From: Myxococcota bacterium
Lineage (GTDB): Bacteria; Myxococcota_A; Polyangia; Nannocystales; Nannocystaceae
Assembly: GCA_039028615.1 (NCBI GenBank)
Contig: JBCCHT010000034.1
Location: forward strand, 1 to 64,000
DNA length: 64,000 nucleotides
Reading direction: 5' to 3'
In this document: in pieces, positions 17,076 to 26,294 of the stretch
Layout: each line of letters starts with the position of its first letter
How positions within the stretch are numbered: position 1 is the first letter of the stretch
The notes under the pieces: generated by a model
The model's input: the letters and a program-made list of their open reading frames with translations, nothing else
What the model was told of the DNA's origin: nothing
The model's database searches: none
Position numbers and translations under genes: made by a program

Positions 17076-18508
17076 TGCCAGATCCATACATTTCCGCAAG
17101 CCCCAACGAACTCATCCGAGCCGCGGACTGGAACTCCATCCAGGAACAAGCTCGGGACGAGATTCACGCCCACAGCCACACCGGCGGTGAAGATGGCGTA
17201 CAGCTGGGAACCGATGCAATCGCCGATGGGGCCATCACGCTGGCCAAGCTCGCTCCCGATGCCGTCGGCGCGGGCACCATCACCGAGCCGGCTGCGATCG
17301 ACGTCACGGGGTCGACGGTCGAGGGTGTCCCGCTGGCGCCTCACTTCGATCACTTCTCGTTCAACATCCCGACGACGGTCGAAGCCATCCAACCGGTGCT
17401 GACCATCAACGATGGCATCTCCGTGGAGGCGATGCTCACCGACCTCGTCAACACCTACGCGGGAGCGCTGCCGGGGGGTGAGTCGCCCACCGGCACCTTC
17501 GGCATGATGCTCACCCGAGCCATCTTCGAGATGGTGAACACGGTGCCCCGGGACTTGATCGAGTCGCTCGACTCCGTCTCCCTCGCGCACCAGGCCACCA
17601 GCGAGCAGCTCCCGGCGTACACGGCATACATGGAGTCGCTCTCGGACCGAGCCGGTGGCGACGTGGTGGGGCCAGCGGTCGACGTGCTGTCCCAGATTCA
17701 CGGTCGCGACTACTTGGTCATCCGTAGCTTCGGCTACTCGTTCGCGCTCGTGATGGGGATCCTCTTCCTGAGCACGACCCCGGCGGACTTGCTGACGCTC
17801 ATCGCGGGCAACCCCACCCTCGGTCAGATGACGAATGCGCTGTCCATCGGCTACCCGATGATTCACTCGGGTCGACTGCGACCGATCGAGAACGCGGACA
17901 TCATGCGGATCGCACCGCCCGGGCAAGGAACGGGCGGCGCCCTGCTTTCGTGTGAGGCCAACGTCGACGTCTTCTTCGGCCAGCTCCGAGGTGCGTTCTG
18001 CCTCGGGATTGGTACGGAGACCATGCCACCGCCAGCGACCCAGGTGGTCTACGGCTCGACGGAAGCGACGGAACTGCAGCAGCTGGGGCTCCGCACCACG
18101 GTGACCGTCCGCCGCTCCAGCCTGTTCCTCCCCGGCGACGCGACATCCTCGAACCGCTCGCTTCGGCTCTGGGGGTTGGCTCTGCCCTACGTGGCCCCCG
18201 ACGGAGTAACGACCGATGCTTCCGTCCACACGATCGCGGCGGGGCGACTGGACTGTCGCCACGTGCTGCTGAGAAACCACGGTTCGGCCGAGTTCGTGAC
18301 CCCGGAAGAGGCGACGCCCTGGAACGACGCGCCCGACACACCGCTCGAGCCGACCGATCCGATCGATCCGATCGATCCGATCGACCCCATTGATCCCATC
18401 GACCCCATCGATCCCATCGAGCCGATCGATCCCATCGAACCGATCGACCCCATCGAACCAATCGATCCGGTCGGGCCTGGCCCCGTCGGTCCTGCCCCCG
18501 ACGCTTGA
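17075..18508 (+). CDS. Tail-fibre-like protein with a (DPI)n C-terminal tail
   Basis: N-terminal ELIRAADWNSIQ..HSHTGG..IADGAITLAKLA fibre-type motifs; the central domain is unrecognised. Confidence 0.55.
   Translation: MPDPYISASPNELIRAADWNSIQEQARDEIHAHSHTGGEDGVQLGTDAIADGAITLAKLAPDAVGAGTITEPAAIDVTGSTVEGVPLAPHFDHFSFNIPTTVEAIQPVLTINDGISVEAMLTDLVNTYAGALPGGESPTGTFGMMLTRAIFEMVNTVPRDLIESLDSVSLAHQATSEQLPAYTAYMESLSDRAGGDVVGPAVDVLSQIHGRDYLVIRSFGYSFALVMGILFLSTTPADLLTLIAGNPTLGQMTNALSIGYPMIHSGRLRPIENADIMRIAPPGQGTGGALLSCEANVDVFFGQLRGAFCLGIGTETMPPPATQVVYGSTEATELQQLGLRTTVTVRRSSLFLPGDATSSNRSLRLWGLALPYVAPDGVTTDASVHTIAAGRLDCRHVLLRNHGSAEFVTPEEATPWNDAPDTPLEPTDPIDPIDPIDPIDPIDPIDPIEPIDPIEPIDPIEPIDPVGPGPVGPAPDA
18346..18472 (+). 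repeat. 9-bp tandem repeat encoding (D/E-P-I)n, about 14 units
   Basis: Variants of gatccgatc, gaccccatc and gaaccgatc. Confidence 0.95.
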
Positions 18509-18520
18509 TCGGCATTGCTC

Positions 18521-20128
18521 ATGGACGTATCGCTCGGCGACGACACCGACCTTCTGCTCTCCGGCAGCGCGACCGTGCAGCTCGGAGAGCAGGCGGTCCC
18601 GCTCGTCCTGCAACTCGAAGACGACGAAGTCATCGACGGGCTCACGCTTCGCATCGTGCGGGCCGCAGACGCCTCGATGGCTCCCGTCGGCTTGGACGAC
18701 GCCGCGCTCGACTCGGACGGTTCGTCCCTGCTGTCTGCCCTCACCTGGATCGCCGCGAATTTCGGCGACACGTACGCTCTATCGCGCTTCCAGCTCGACT
18801 TCACCGCCAAGCCCAACCCGCTGGTCGTCCGGCTGGGCGTCGCCCGAGGTGACAGTTCTTGGTATCCACCGCCCGGCCCGCAGCGATTCGACATGGGCGG
18901 CGCGCTTCAGCTGAACGCGGCCTTTCCCAACACGATCGCCGATCGCTTGATGCTGGAATTCTTCGTCGAGAGCACGGGGGGAGAGCTCATCCCGGCCGCG
19001 GTGAGCCTCGCCGCCACGCCGCTGGCGATGACCTACGGCCTGCACGCCCGTGACATCAGCGTCGGCCTGCAGGGCCGCCGTACCTTCCTGCGAAGCAGTG
19101 GGGAAGCAAGCACCGACGGCGTCACCGTCGACGGGCTGCTGGAACACGTCGGCACGGAGCTCGATCGCAACCTCCGAGGACAGACGATCACCATCGAGCT
19201 GACGGCCGAAGTCCGCGGATCGGCAGTGCTCGAGTGGGAGCTGAGCAGCCACCGAGTCGAAGAACAGTTCCAGCCCGACCTCGACACGGTCGCCCTCGAG
19301 ATCGAGTGGGATGGCATCGCGACCCAGCTGCTCCCTCTGCCCGCCGACGGCAGCAGCGAGGTCCTCGGCCTCAGCCTCGGCTCGCTCACCGCGCCCAAGA
19401 CCCAGCGCGTCGTGCTGGCTCCCCAGTCCACGATGCCCGGACCCGCCCGCTCGCAACTCGTTCGGCCGCTCTACGACGCCGCCCAAGCATTGAGCGTCTC
19501 GGACTCGCGCCCCTTGGCGGGCATCGACATCTACGCCCGCCTCTTCGGTCAGGCCACGAGCGTTCGCCTCGGCATCCATCCCGACGACGAAGGGCAACCC
19601 CGTGCCGCCCCGCTCTTCGAGGTCACACGAACCTTCGACGCCGAACACTCCACCGAGCCCGCATGGATCTCGTTCGAGCTCGAGACACCACAGCCGCTAC
19701 CCACGTCGCTCTATTGGCTGGTGCTGCGATCCGACGAAGGCGACATCGCATGGTTCGTCGACACGCCCTCCCCGGAGAACGTGGACGGCCTGACGTATCG
19801 CCGTGATGGCGGGCTGTGGCTTCCGCGGGGAAGCAACACCGAATCCCCGTGGGGTCAGACTCGTTTGCGAGTGGTGGAGACGACCGAGCCCACCGCCCCC
19901 TCGTTCGAACTCGCGGGCTACGAGACCTTACCCAGCTCGTCCGACGACCCGCCCACCTTCGTCGCGGTCATCGAGCCGGCCGACGACGGCTCCATCGCGT
20001 GGTTCCCCGACGACGCTCAGGTCCCTCCGGTTCTCGCCCGCCTCGATCTTCGGATCGCATCTTCGGTGGCGACGACCCTCTCGCTCTCGGAGCTCGAGCT
20101 TCAGTACCGCAGCACGACCTCAGGCTGA
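18521..20128 (+). CDS. Beta-rich hypothetical CIS protein with a C-terminal beta-sandwich domain
   Basis: Long ORF within the operon. AAQAL...AGIDIY...LGIHPDDEGQP...WISFEL..P.PL..YWLVL has the pattern of an extracellular beta-sandwich. Confidence 0.6.
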   Translation: MDVSLGDDTDLLLSGSATVQLGEQAVPLVLQLEDDEVIDGLTLRIVRAADASMAPVGLDDAALDSDGSSLLSALTWIAANFGDTYALSRFQLDFTAKPNPLVVRLGVARGDSSWYPPPGPQRFDMGGALQLNAAFPNTIADRLMLEFFVESTGGELIPAAVSLAATPLAMTYGLHARDISVGLQGRRTFLRSSGEASTDGVTVDGLLEHVGTELDRNLRGQTITIELTAEVRGSAVLEWELSSHRVEEQFQPDLDTVALEIEWDGIATQLLPLPADGSSEVLGLSLGSLTAPKTQRVVLAPQSTMPGPARSQLVRPLYDAAQALSVSDSRPLAGIDIYARLFGQATSVRLGIHPDDEGQPRAAPLFEVTRTFDAEHSTEPAWISFELETPQPLPTSLYWLVLRSDEGDIAWFVDTPSPENVDGLTYRRDGGLWLPRGSNTESPWGQTRLRVVETTEPTAPSFELAGYETLPSSSDDPPTFVAVIEPADDGSIAWFPDDAQVPPVLARLDLRIASSVATTLSLSELELQYRSTTSG

Positions 20129-20131
20129 TCC

Positions 20132-20968
20132 ATGCTCCGACCTCTCGAAGACCTCATCATCCCTCCCATCGACGCCGTGATGCCCGTGTCGGTGTCGGTC
20201 CTGCGTGGTCCGTACGTCGTCGCGCCTCCATGGCCGAATAGTCAGCGCATCATCTCGGTCTACGGTCGAGCGATACGAACCATCGAGCCGACACCTTCGC
20301 GAGACGACGACGGTCCGTCCTTCATCATCAACGAAGAGACCTGGGACACGGATGGAATCGTCGACACCTTCGTCCTGCCTCCGGAGGCGACCGGCTCGAT
20401 CTTCGAGGTCGAGAGCCCGCCCGGATTTCCCATGCGACGAGGGGACGACTATCTCGTCGACGGCGACACGATTCGGTTCTACCGAGCCCCGGACGTCGGA
20501 GCACCGGGGGTGCTCGCCCGGCTGCAAGCCGAGGCCACCCATGGCTACACGCGACGACGCCCCTGCATCATGGAGCTGGATATCGACATCTACGGCCGCT
20601 TCTACGAGGAGGTCGATCTCATGCTCGGAGCATCGACTCAGATCTCGTTGGCCGCGATGGCTCGTGCGCCTCGCTTCACTTTTCCCCCCGCGACCGACAC
20701 CACCGTGCTCATGCGGATCATCGAGGCACGCGCGAGCGTGGCATCCCTCGAGCGCGCGGCGATCACCATCGACGCGGCGCCGGTCTTCCATGCGGCGATC
20801 CGTCTAGAGATCGATGGCCAGCTCGATCTGGTCGTCGCCAACGGTCGCCCCGTCGACACCTCGCTCATCGAGTCGATCGAAGGCACGGTCGAGGTCGTGC
20901 CCGCCGACGGCGAAGCCCCGGTCCCGCAGACCATCACGATCGAGCCCGACGAGCCCGTCGACCCCTGA
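20132..20968 (+). CDS. Last gene of the CIS operon; possible tail terminator/cap (Pvc16-like, tentative)
   Basis: Terminal position and an alpha/beta pattern (LDIDIYGRFYEEVDLML...AAIRLEIDGQLDL). Family assignment is weak. Confidence 0.4.
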   Translation: MLRPLEDLIIPPIDAVMPVSVSVLRGPYVVAPPWPNSQRIISVYGRAIRTIEPTPSRDDDGPSFIINEETWDTDGIVDTFVLPPEATGSIFEVESPPGFPMRRGDDYLVDGDTIRFYRAPDVGAPGVLARLQAEATHGYTRRRPCIMELDIDIYGRFYEEVDLMLGASTQISLAAMARAPRFTFPPATDTTVLMRIIEARASVASLERAAITIDAAPVFHAAIRLEIDGQLDLVVANGRPVDTSLIESIEGTVEVVPADGEAPVPQTITIEPDEPVDP

Positions 20969-21071
20969 GCGACGCACTCGACGCTCCCGCCGATGTCGCG
21001 TGCGACGCTCGATCGGGCGGGATACGGCGCCAGGGCTGGCAGGGCAGCGAGGACGGCCTTAGACTCCCCGC

Positions 21072-21539
21072 GTGGATGACTCTCCATCGCCACGCTCGTC
21101 CCGCCGGGGCCTGCTGCTGCTCATCGGCGGCGTGATCGTCTTGCTGTGCATCGCGTTCGGCCTGGCCGCGGTTCGACAGAAGTCCCAGTTCGAGGAGTAC
21201 CGAGCCGCGACCCTCGATCAGCAGACGATGCCCTGGGCCGAGCAAGAGCAGTCGGTCGATCAGTGCGTCGCGTATACCGTGGACTGGGCGATGGGCTGCC
21301 CCGGCGTGGAGAGCTGGTGCTCGGCGCACGCTCCCCGCCTGACCCTCGAGTGTCTCGAGAGCTCCGACCGAAGCGAGTACTGCGAAGCCCTCGGCAACGA
21401 CGGCGAGAGCACGCACTTCGGCTACGGCGAGTGCGAGCAGATGCGGGAGTCGGTCGAAGGTCGCTACGCCAAGCGCAGCCACAAGAAGTTCTGCGCCGCG
21501 AGCTACCGCGCCGTGGCCGAGTTCTGCCGCAGCAAGTAG
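21072..21539 (+). CDS. Membrane-anchored Cys-rich hypothetical protein
   Basis: One N-terminal TM helix followed by a domain with eight Cys. Confidence 0.7.
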   Translation: MDDSPSPRSSRRGLLLLIGGVIVLLCIAFGLAAVRQKSQFEEYRAATLDQQTMPWAEQEQSVDQCVAYTVDWAMGCPGVESWCSAHAPRLTLECLESSDRSEYCEALGNDGESTHFGYGECEQMRESVEGRYAKRSHKKFCAASYRAVAEFCRSK

Positions 21540-21549
21540 CTCCCCGCGT

Positions 21550-23061
21550 CTAGAAGAAGGTGCGCGCCTCGAGGTAGAGCGAGAAGGGACTCGCGCCCAG
21601 CTCGCTCCCCAGCGCAAGCGGCATCAGCGGGTCGCCGGTCAATGAAGGATCTGCCCCCCACGGGACGAAGGCCCCCGCGATGAGGTCCGCCTCGTCGGCC
21701 ACGCTGTAGATGAGGCTGAGCCCCGTGAGCCCCGAGCCATCGTTGGCGTTGACCAGGGTGAGCACGCTGGCCTGCAAGATCGGAATGAGCTCCATCCCCG
21801 CCACCGCCCCGACATAGTGCCGACCGAGCAGCGGCACATCGTCGGGGAAGAGCCGCGTCGCCCGGTCGAGCAGGCCCGACGCTCGGTTCGCACCATCGGA
21901 GTAGAACGCATACTCGGCGCCGAGGTTCAGCCCCTTCCAGCCGATGTTGAGCGAGGGACCGGCCGCGAGCCGAACATGCAGCGGCTCCGTGTCCTCGGAG
22001 CCTCGACCATCGCCATCGGTATCGGGCACGCCCAGGTGCCCTTCGCCGTGCAGACCGAAGGCCCCGATGCCGCCCTGGAACGAGCCGCCGACGACCCAGC
22101 GCTCGGCGACCTTGCCTCCGAGCGCGGCCCACTCGAACCCGCCGCCTACCACACTCGCACGCGCCAGCAGTGCGCTCCGGGACCACCGCGGATCGCCGTC
22201 GACATCGTTGCCCAGCACGCCCATCACTTCGACCGAGCCGATCATGCCCAGCGCGGTCCCGATCTGCACGGCGTCGACACCGGGCTTGTAGATCCGGTTG
22301 ACCGCGGTGACCGAAAACGGCGCGAGAAAATCGTTGGGGGTGAAGAAGCTGGTGACACTGTGGGAGATGGGAAATCGCCCCACCTTCATCGTGACCGGCC
22401 CCAGCTTTGCGCCCCCGGCAAAACGGTCCACGCCCGCGCCTCCGCGAATGGACCCGTCCTCCCACAGCGTCCAGGCGAGGAACGGGCTGCGGTACACGCT
22501 GTCGGTGGAGCCGGCCGTACCAAAGGCGCCGCCCGTGCCCCCCGCGACCGTGGGGCTTCGTGTCAGATCGGCGAAGTAGTTGAGCTCGAGCGAGAAGCGG
22601 TGGTCGAAATCCCGATCGACCATCACGCGAGCGACCGTCGAGAACAAGCCATCGTCGCCGCCGGGATAAAGCTCTGGGATGTCGTCGAAGTGCAGGTAGG
22701 CGCCGACCAAGCGAACGCTCCCGGTCATCACATCGCCCAGGCGCAGGCCGGGGTCCTCCTCGGGTACCGCCGCCGAGGTCGGCCCGTCCTCCAAAGAGGA
22801 TCCGCCGGTATCCGGTAGCTCGGGTAAGGAGTCCAGCTCGGGCAGCTCGGGCAACGCATCGAGCTCGGGCAGCTCGGGCAACGGCTCGAGCTCGGGCAGC
22901 GCCTCCAGCTCGCCCAAGTCCGCGGGTGCGGACGCCTGCGCCTCTCCGTCCGTCGGAGCTTCGGGCGCGGGGGCCTGCGCCTCGCCGACCGTCGCGTCGC
23001 CGGTCTGCGGCGCGGTCGCGGGCGGCCCCAGCAGCCCCAGCGCCAAGCTCAGCTCGATCAT
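21550..23061 (-). CDS. Putative outer-membrane beta-barrel protein of the Lol-like ABC operon
   Basis: FTPNDFLAPF...YKPGVDAV motif, terminal LYLEARTFF and N-terminal LPELPEL repeats. Confidence 0.7.
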   Translation of the reverse strand: MIELSLALGLLGPPATAPQTGDATVGEAQAPAPEAPTDGEAQASAPADLGELEALPELEPLPELPELDALPELPELDSLPELPDTGGSSLEDGPTSAAVPEEDPGLRLGDVMTGSVRLVGAYLHFDDIPELYPGGDDGLFSTVARVMVDRDFDHRFSLELNYFADLTRSPTVAGGTGGAFGTAGSTDSVYRSPFLAWTLWEDGSIRGGAGVDRFAGGAKLGPVTMKVGRFPISHSVTSFFTPNDFLAPFSVTAVNRIYKPGVDAVQIGTALGMIGSVEVMGVLGNDVDGDPRWSRSALLARASVVGGGFEWAALGGKVAERWVVGGSFQGGIGAFGLHGEGHLGVPDTDGDGRGSEDTEPLHVRLAAGPSLNIGWKGLNLGAEYAFYSDGANRASGLLDRATRLFPDDVPLLGRHYVGAVAGMELIPILQASVLTLVNANDGSGLTGLSLIYSVADEADLIAGAFVPWGADPSLTGDPLMPLALGSELGASPFSLYLEARTFF

Positions 23062-23082
23062 CGCACCGACCGACGGCGAGCC

Positions 23083-23784
23083 CTAGTTGCGAACGTCATC
23101 GCTCTCGACCCGGCCGTCGACCAGCCGCACGATTCGACGCGCGCGCTCCATCACCCGGGCATCGTGGGTCGAGAAGATGAAGGTCACCCCCCGCTCCTCG
23201 TTGAGCCGCTCCATGATCTCGAGCAGCTTGTCCGCGGTGGCGGAGTCGACGTTGGCGGTGGGCTCATCGGCGAGCGTCACCACCGGATCGGTCGCGATGG
23301 CCCGCGCAATGGCCACGCGCTGCTGCTGACCACCCGAGAGCTGATTCGGTCGCCGATCTTCCATCCCGCCGAGGCCGACCTCCCGCAGCAGGCCCATGAC
23401 GCGCTCGCGTCGCTCGCCCTCGTCGGTGCCCTGCAGGCGCATCACCATCTCGGCGTTCTCGTACGCAGTGAGCACGGGGATGAGGTTGTAGGCCTGAAAG
23501 ACGAAGCCGATACGGTCACGCCGAAGGCGGCTGCGCTCGGCTCGGCCCATGGCTCCCAGGTCGCGCCCTTCGACGAGTACCTTGCCCTCGCTCGGCACAT
23601 CGAGCGCTCCGATGAGGTTGAGCGCCGTGGTCTTGCCCGAGCCCGAAGGACCGGTGATGGCGAGGAACTCACCGGGCTCCACCCGCAGGTCGAGCCCCCG
23701 CAGGGCTTTGACCTCGACTTCACCCTGGCGATAGGTCTTGTGTACGTCTGCCAGCTCGACGATCGGATCGGTAGTAGTGCCCAT
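23083..23784 (-). CDS. ABC transporter ATP-binding protein (LolD/MacB-like)
   Basis: Walker A GPSGSGKT, LSGGQQQRVAIARA, LADEPT and STHD. Confidence 0.95.
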   Translation of the reverse strand: MGTTTDPIVELADVHKTYRQGEVEVKALRGLDLRVEPGEFLAITGPSGSGKTTALNLIGALDVPSEGKVLVEGRDLGAMGRAERSRLRRDRIGFVFQAYNLIPVLTAYENAEMVMRLQGTDEGERRERVMGLLREVGLGGMEDRRPNQLSGGQQQRVAIARAIATDPVVTLADEPTANVDSATADKLLEIMERLNEERGVTFIFSTHDARVMERARRIVRLVDGRVESDDVRN

Positions 23785-23802
23785 GACGATGTCCTTGCTT
23801 CT

Positions 23803-25056
23803 TCAGACCAGACGAATGGCGTCGGCGGGGTTGGCCCGACCGGCTCGCCACGCGGGGTAGATCCCCGAGGCCAGCGTCGCGAGCACGACGGCGGCCACGA
23901 TGACGGCGAGGCTCTCGGGGAGGATGCGAACGTAGAGGATCGGATCCATGGCCACGCCTGCGACCTCGGCTCCCTCCCCGATCATCGCGGAGTAGTCGAG
24001 CCCCTTGGTGCTCAGGTGATGGTAGGGCGCAGCCACGGCCAAGGCCGAGCCCACGAGGCCGACCAGCGCCAACCAGGTGCTCTCCCACATCACCAACGAA
24101 AACAGCTGCCGCGGGGAGAAGCCCACCGCCGCCATGATGCCGAACTCGCGCAGCCGCTCCATCACGCTGACGAACAACGTGTTGAAGATGCCCGCCGCGA
24201 GCAACACCATGATGATGACCTCGAAGACCACCGCGCCGCTCTCCTTCATGTCGATGAAGCCGGCGAGGTCGGGCTGAGCCTCGGCCCAGCTGAGCGCCAC
24301 CGAGTCGGCGGGCACATGGGCGCCCATGGAGGCCGCCGTATCGGCCGAGCGCCGATGATCGGACACGAAGATCGCGACCAAGGTGGCCTCGTGCTCGTCG
24401 TAGCCCAGATCCTTGCGGATGACGTCGATGGGCAAAAGACACAGGGAGGAGTCGATGGTGGGTCCGCCCGTCTCGACGATGCCCGTGACCCGCACCAGCC
24501 CCTGCACCACCTCACCGTTCTTGTCGGTCACGGTGTAGACGACCTTGGAGCCCAGGCTCGCCCCGAGGTTCTTGGCCAGCCCCTTGCCAAGCACGATGGA
24601 TTTCTTCTGGTCACGAGCCTTCAGCGGCTCGCCCTCCCACTTGGCGTCGAGAATGCCCAGCGTCTCGACACTCTCGCGCGCGGGGTCGATGCCGATGAAG
24701 AAGGTGCCGCGGCTGTTCTTGGCCGTGGACAACATCGCCGCCCCGGTGATGCGCGTGACGGTGGTGGTCACGTACGGCAGCTCGGCGGCCGCGTCTTCGA
24801 CGACCTTGGCGTCGGTGACCGTCTTCTTGAGCGAGGGCAGGTTCTGGTAGTCGGCGTGCTGCACCACCACGTGCCCGCCACCCATCTTGGCGGCGTGGTT
24901 GATCATCTGCCCGTAGGTGGAGTCACCGATGCCGGTGAAGAGCACCGCCATGAACACCCCGAACACGATGCCGAAGACGGTGATGAGCGTCCGTCGACGG
25001 TTACGCCAGATGTTGCGCCACGCCAAGGTGGCCAGCTTTGCGTTGCTTCGAGCCAT
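23803..25056 (-). CDS. ABC permease, FtsX/LolC-E family
   Basis: AWRNIWRNRRRT, VSVMERLREFGIMAAVG and YPAWRA. Confidence 0.92.
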   Translation of the reverse strand: MARSNAKLATLAWRNIWRNRRRTLITVFGIVFGVFMAVLFTGIGDSTYGQMINHAAKMGGGHVVVQHADYQNLPSLKKTVTDAKVVEDAAAELPYVTTTVTRITGAAMLSTAKNSRGTFFIGIDPARESVETLGILDAKWEGEPLKARDQKKSIVLGKGLAKNLGASLGSKVVYTVTDKNGEVVQGLVRVTGIVETGGPTIDSSLCLLPIDVIRKDLGYDEHEATLVAIFVSDHRRSADTAASMGAHVPADSVALSWAEAQPDLAGFIDMKESGAVVFEVIIMVLLAAGIFNTLFVSVMERLREFGIMAAVGFSPRQLFSLVMWESTWLALVGLVGSALAVAAPYHHLSTKGLDYSAMIGEGAEVAGVAMDPILYVRILPESLAVIVAAVVLATLASGIYPAWRAGRANPADAIRLV

Positions 25057-25069
25057 GGTCCGACGCCTC

Positions 25070-26287
25070 CTACTGGTGCCTCATCGCGGTGATGGGCTTG
25101 ATGAATGCCGCTCGTAGCGCGGGATAGACGACCGCGAACGACACGATGAACACGAGCGCGATGATCGGGTTGAGGTAGGTCCCCGCGTCGACGTGGGAGA
25201 TCCAGATGGGGTCGATGGACGAGCCCATGACGCTGACGTTCTCGAGCGACGCGCTGAGGTCGAGCCCCACCGTGGTGAGGTACCAGTTGGCGGGCAGCGC
25301 CAGCCCCACCCCGATGATTATCGCCAAGCCGGTCTGGATGATGGTCTCGAGGTAGATGAGCCGCAGCACGCCGCCGGGGCTGACCCCGATGGCCTTGAGC
25401 ACGCCGAACTCGCGCACCCGCTCGAAGACCGCCATCAGCATGGCGTTGAGGATCACGATGCCGATCGCCGCATATACGATGAAGAACATCGCGATCAAGC
25501 CGCCCTTGGCCGAGTCGAGCATCGAGGCCATGGTGGGCTTGAGTTCCCGCCAGGTCTGGACGTCGAGGTCGGGCGCGGCCCCGCCCGCAGTTTCGGCCGC
25601 AGCGTCGAGGGCGACGGAGGGTGAGCGCCGCACGATGATCTGGTGCACGCCCTCGGGCACGACCATCAGCTCGCGGAACGCCTCGTCGACCATGTAGACC
25701 CCGCCGCGATCGACCTGCGCCGAGACCTGCGAGAGCACGCCACGCACGACGTAGAGGTCGTTGGCCATGGAACCGTCGGCGCCCTGCGAGAGCAGGACGA
25801 TCTCGCCGCCGAGCTCGATACCGAGGATCTGCGCGAGGCGACGGCCGATGACCACCTCGCCGGGTACGGCCGGGTCGAGCCACTGTCCCTCGGCCACCTT
25901 GTTCGCGACCTTGCTGACCTTGGCGTCCCGCTCGACCTCGATGCCGATGAGGCTGATGCCGGCCGAGTTGTCCCCCGCCGCGGCGAGCCCGGACCCCAGC
26001 AAGCGCGGGGCCGCGGCGAGTTCCTTGGCCTCGAGCGCCTCGAGGACCTCGGTCGGCTGCTCGATGCGTCGATACAGCGAAGGGTCTTCGAGGTACTCGG
26101 CGTGATGAACCTGGATGTCCCCGAGCTCGACGTCGAGGATGTGCCGCTCCATTCGATCGAGATAGCCGGCCATCAGTCCCGAGTAGACGATGAGCGACCA
26201 GAGCCCGAGGCTGCTGGCGGCTACGGCCGCGAGCGTGCGACGGCTGTTGCGCCACACGTTGCGCCACGCCATGGTCAGCGATTTCAT
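25070..26287 (-). CDS. ABC permease, FtsX/LolC-E family
   Basis: AWRNVWRNSRRT, AVFERVREFGVLKAIG and YPALRAA. Confidence 0.92.
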   Translation of the reverse strand: MKSLTMAWRNVWRNSRRTLAAVAASSLGLWSLIVYSGLMAGYLDRMERHILDVELGDIQVHHAEYLEDPSLYRRIEQPTEVLEALEAKELAAAPRLLGSGLAAAGDNSAGISLIGIEVERDAKVSKVANKVAEGQWLDPAVPGEVVIGRRLAQILGIELGGEIVLLSQGADGSMANDLYVVRGVLSQVSAQVDRGGVYMVDEAFRELMVVPEGVHQIIVRRSPSVALDAAAETAGGAAPDLDVQTWRELKPTMASMLDSAKGGLIAMFFIVYAAIGIVILNAMLMAVFERVREFGVLKAIGVSPGGVLRLIYLETIIQTGLAIIIGVGLALPANWYLTTVGLDLSASLENVSVMGSSIDPIWISHVDAGTYLNPIIALVFIVSFAVVYPALRAAFIKPITAMRHQ

Positions 26288-26294
26288 GATCGCC

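Larger units (their letters stand above)
2195..20968 (+). other. Headless contractile injection system / phage-tail-like particle operon (19 genes)
   Basis: Co-oriented sheath, tube, hub, spike, gp25, baseplate J/I and fibre genes. ATGA/TGATG overlaps at 5116, 8469, 8981, 12586, 12792, 14772 and 17075. No head or packaging genes. Confidence 0.85.

Noticed and set aside
18346..18472. CRISPR array (also 16281-16508 and 61655-61754)
   Set aside because: These are in-frame coding repeats with synonymous variation and no unique spacers, and there are no cas genes.
2195..20968. Prophage or type VI secretion system
   Set aside because: No head, packaging, integrase or replication genes. The sheath is a single gene, not TssB/TssC, and TssJLM, TssK and ClpV are absent.
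21072..21539. Immunity or lysis gene of the CIS
   Set aside because: Separated by about 100 bp with hairpin-like sequence and has no holin or spanin features, so no evidence beyond adjacency.
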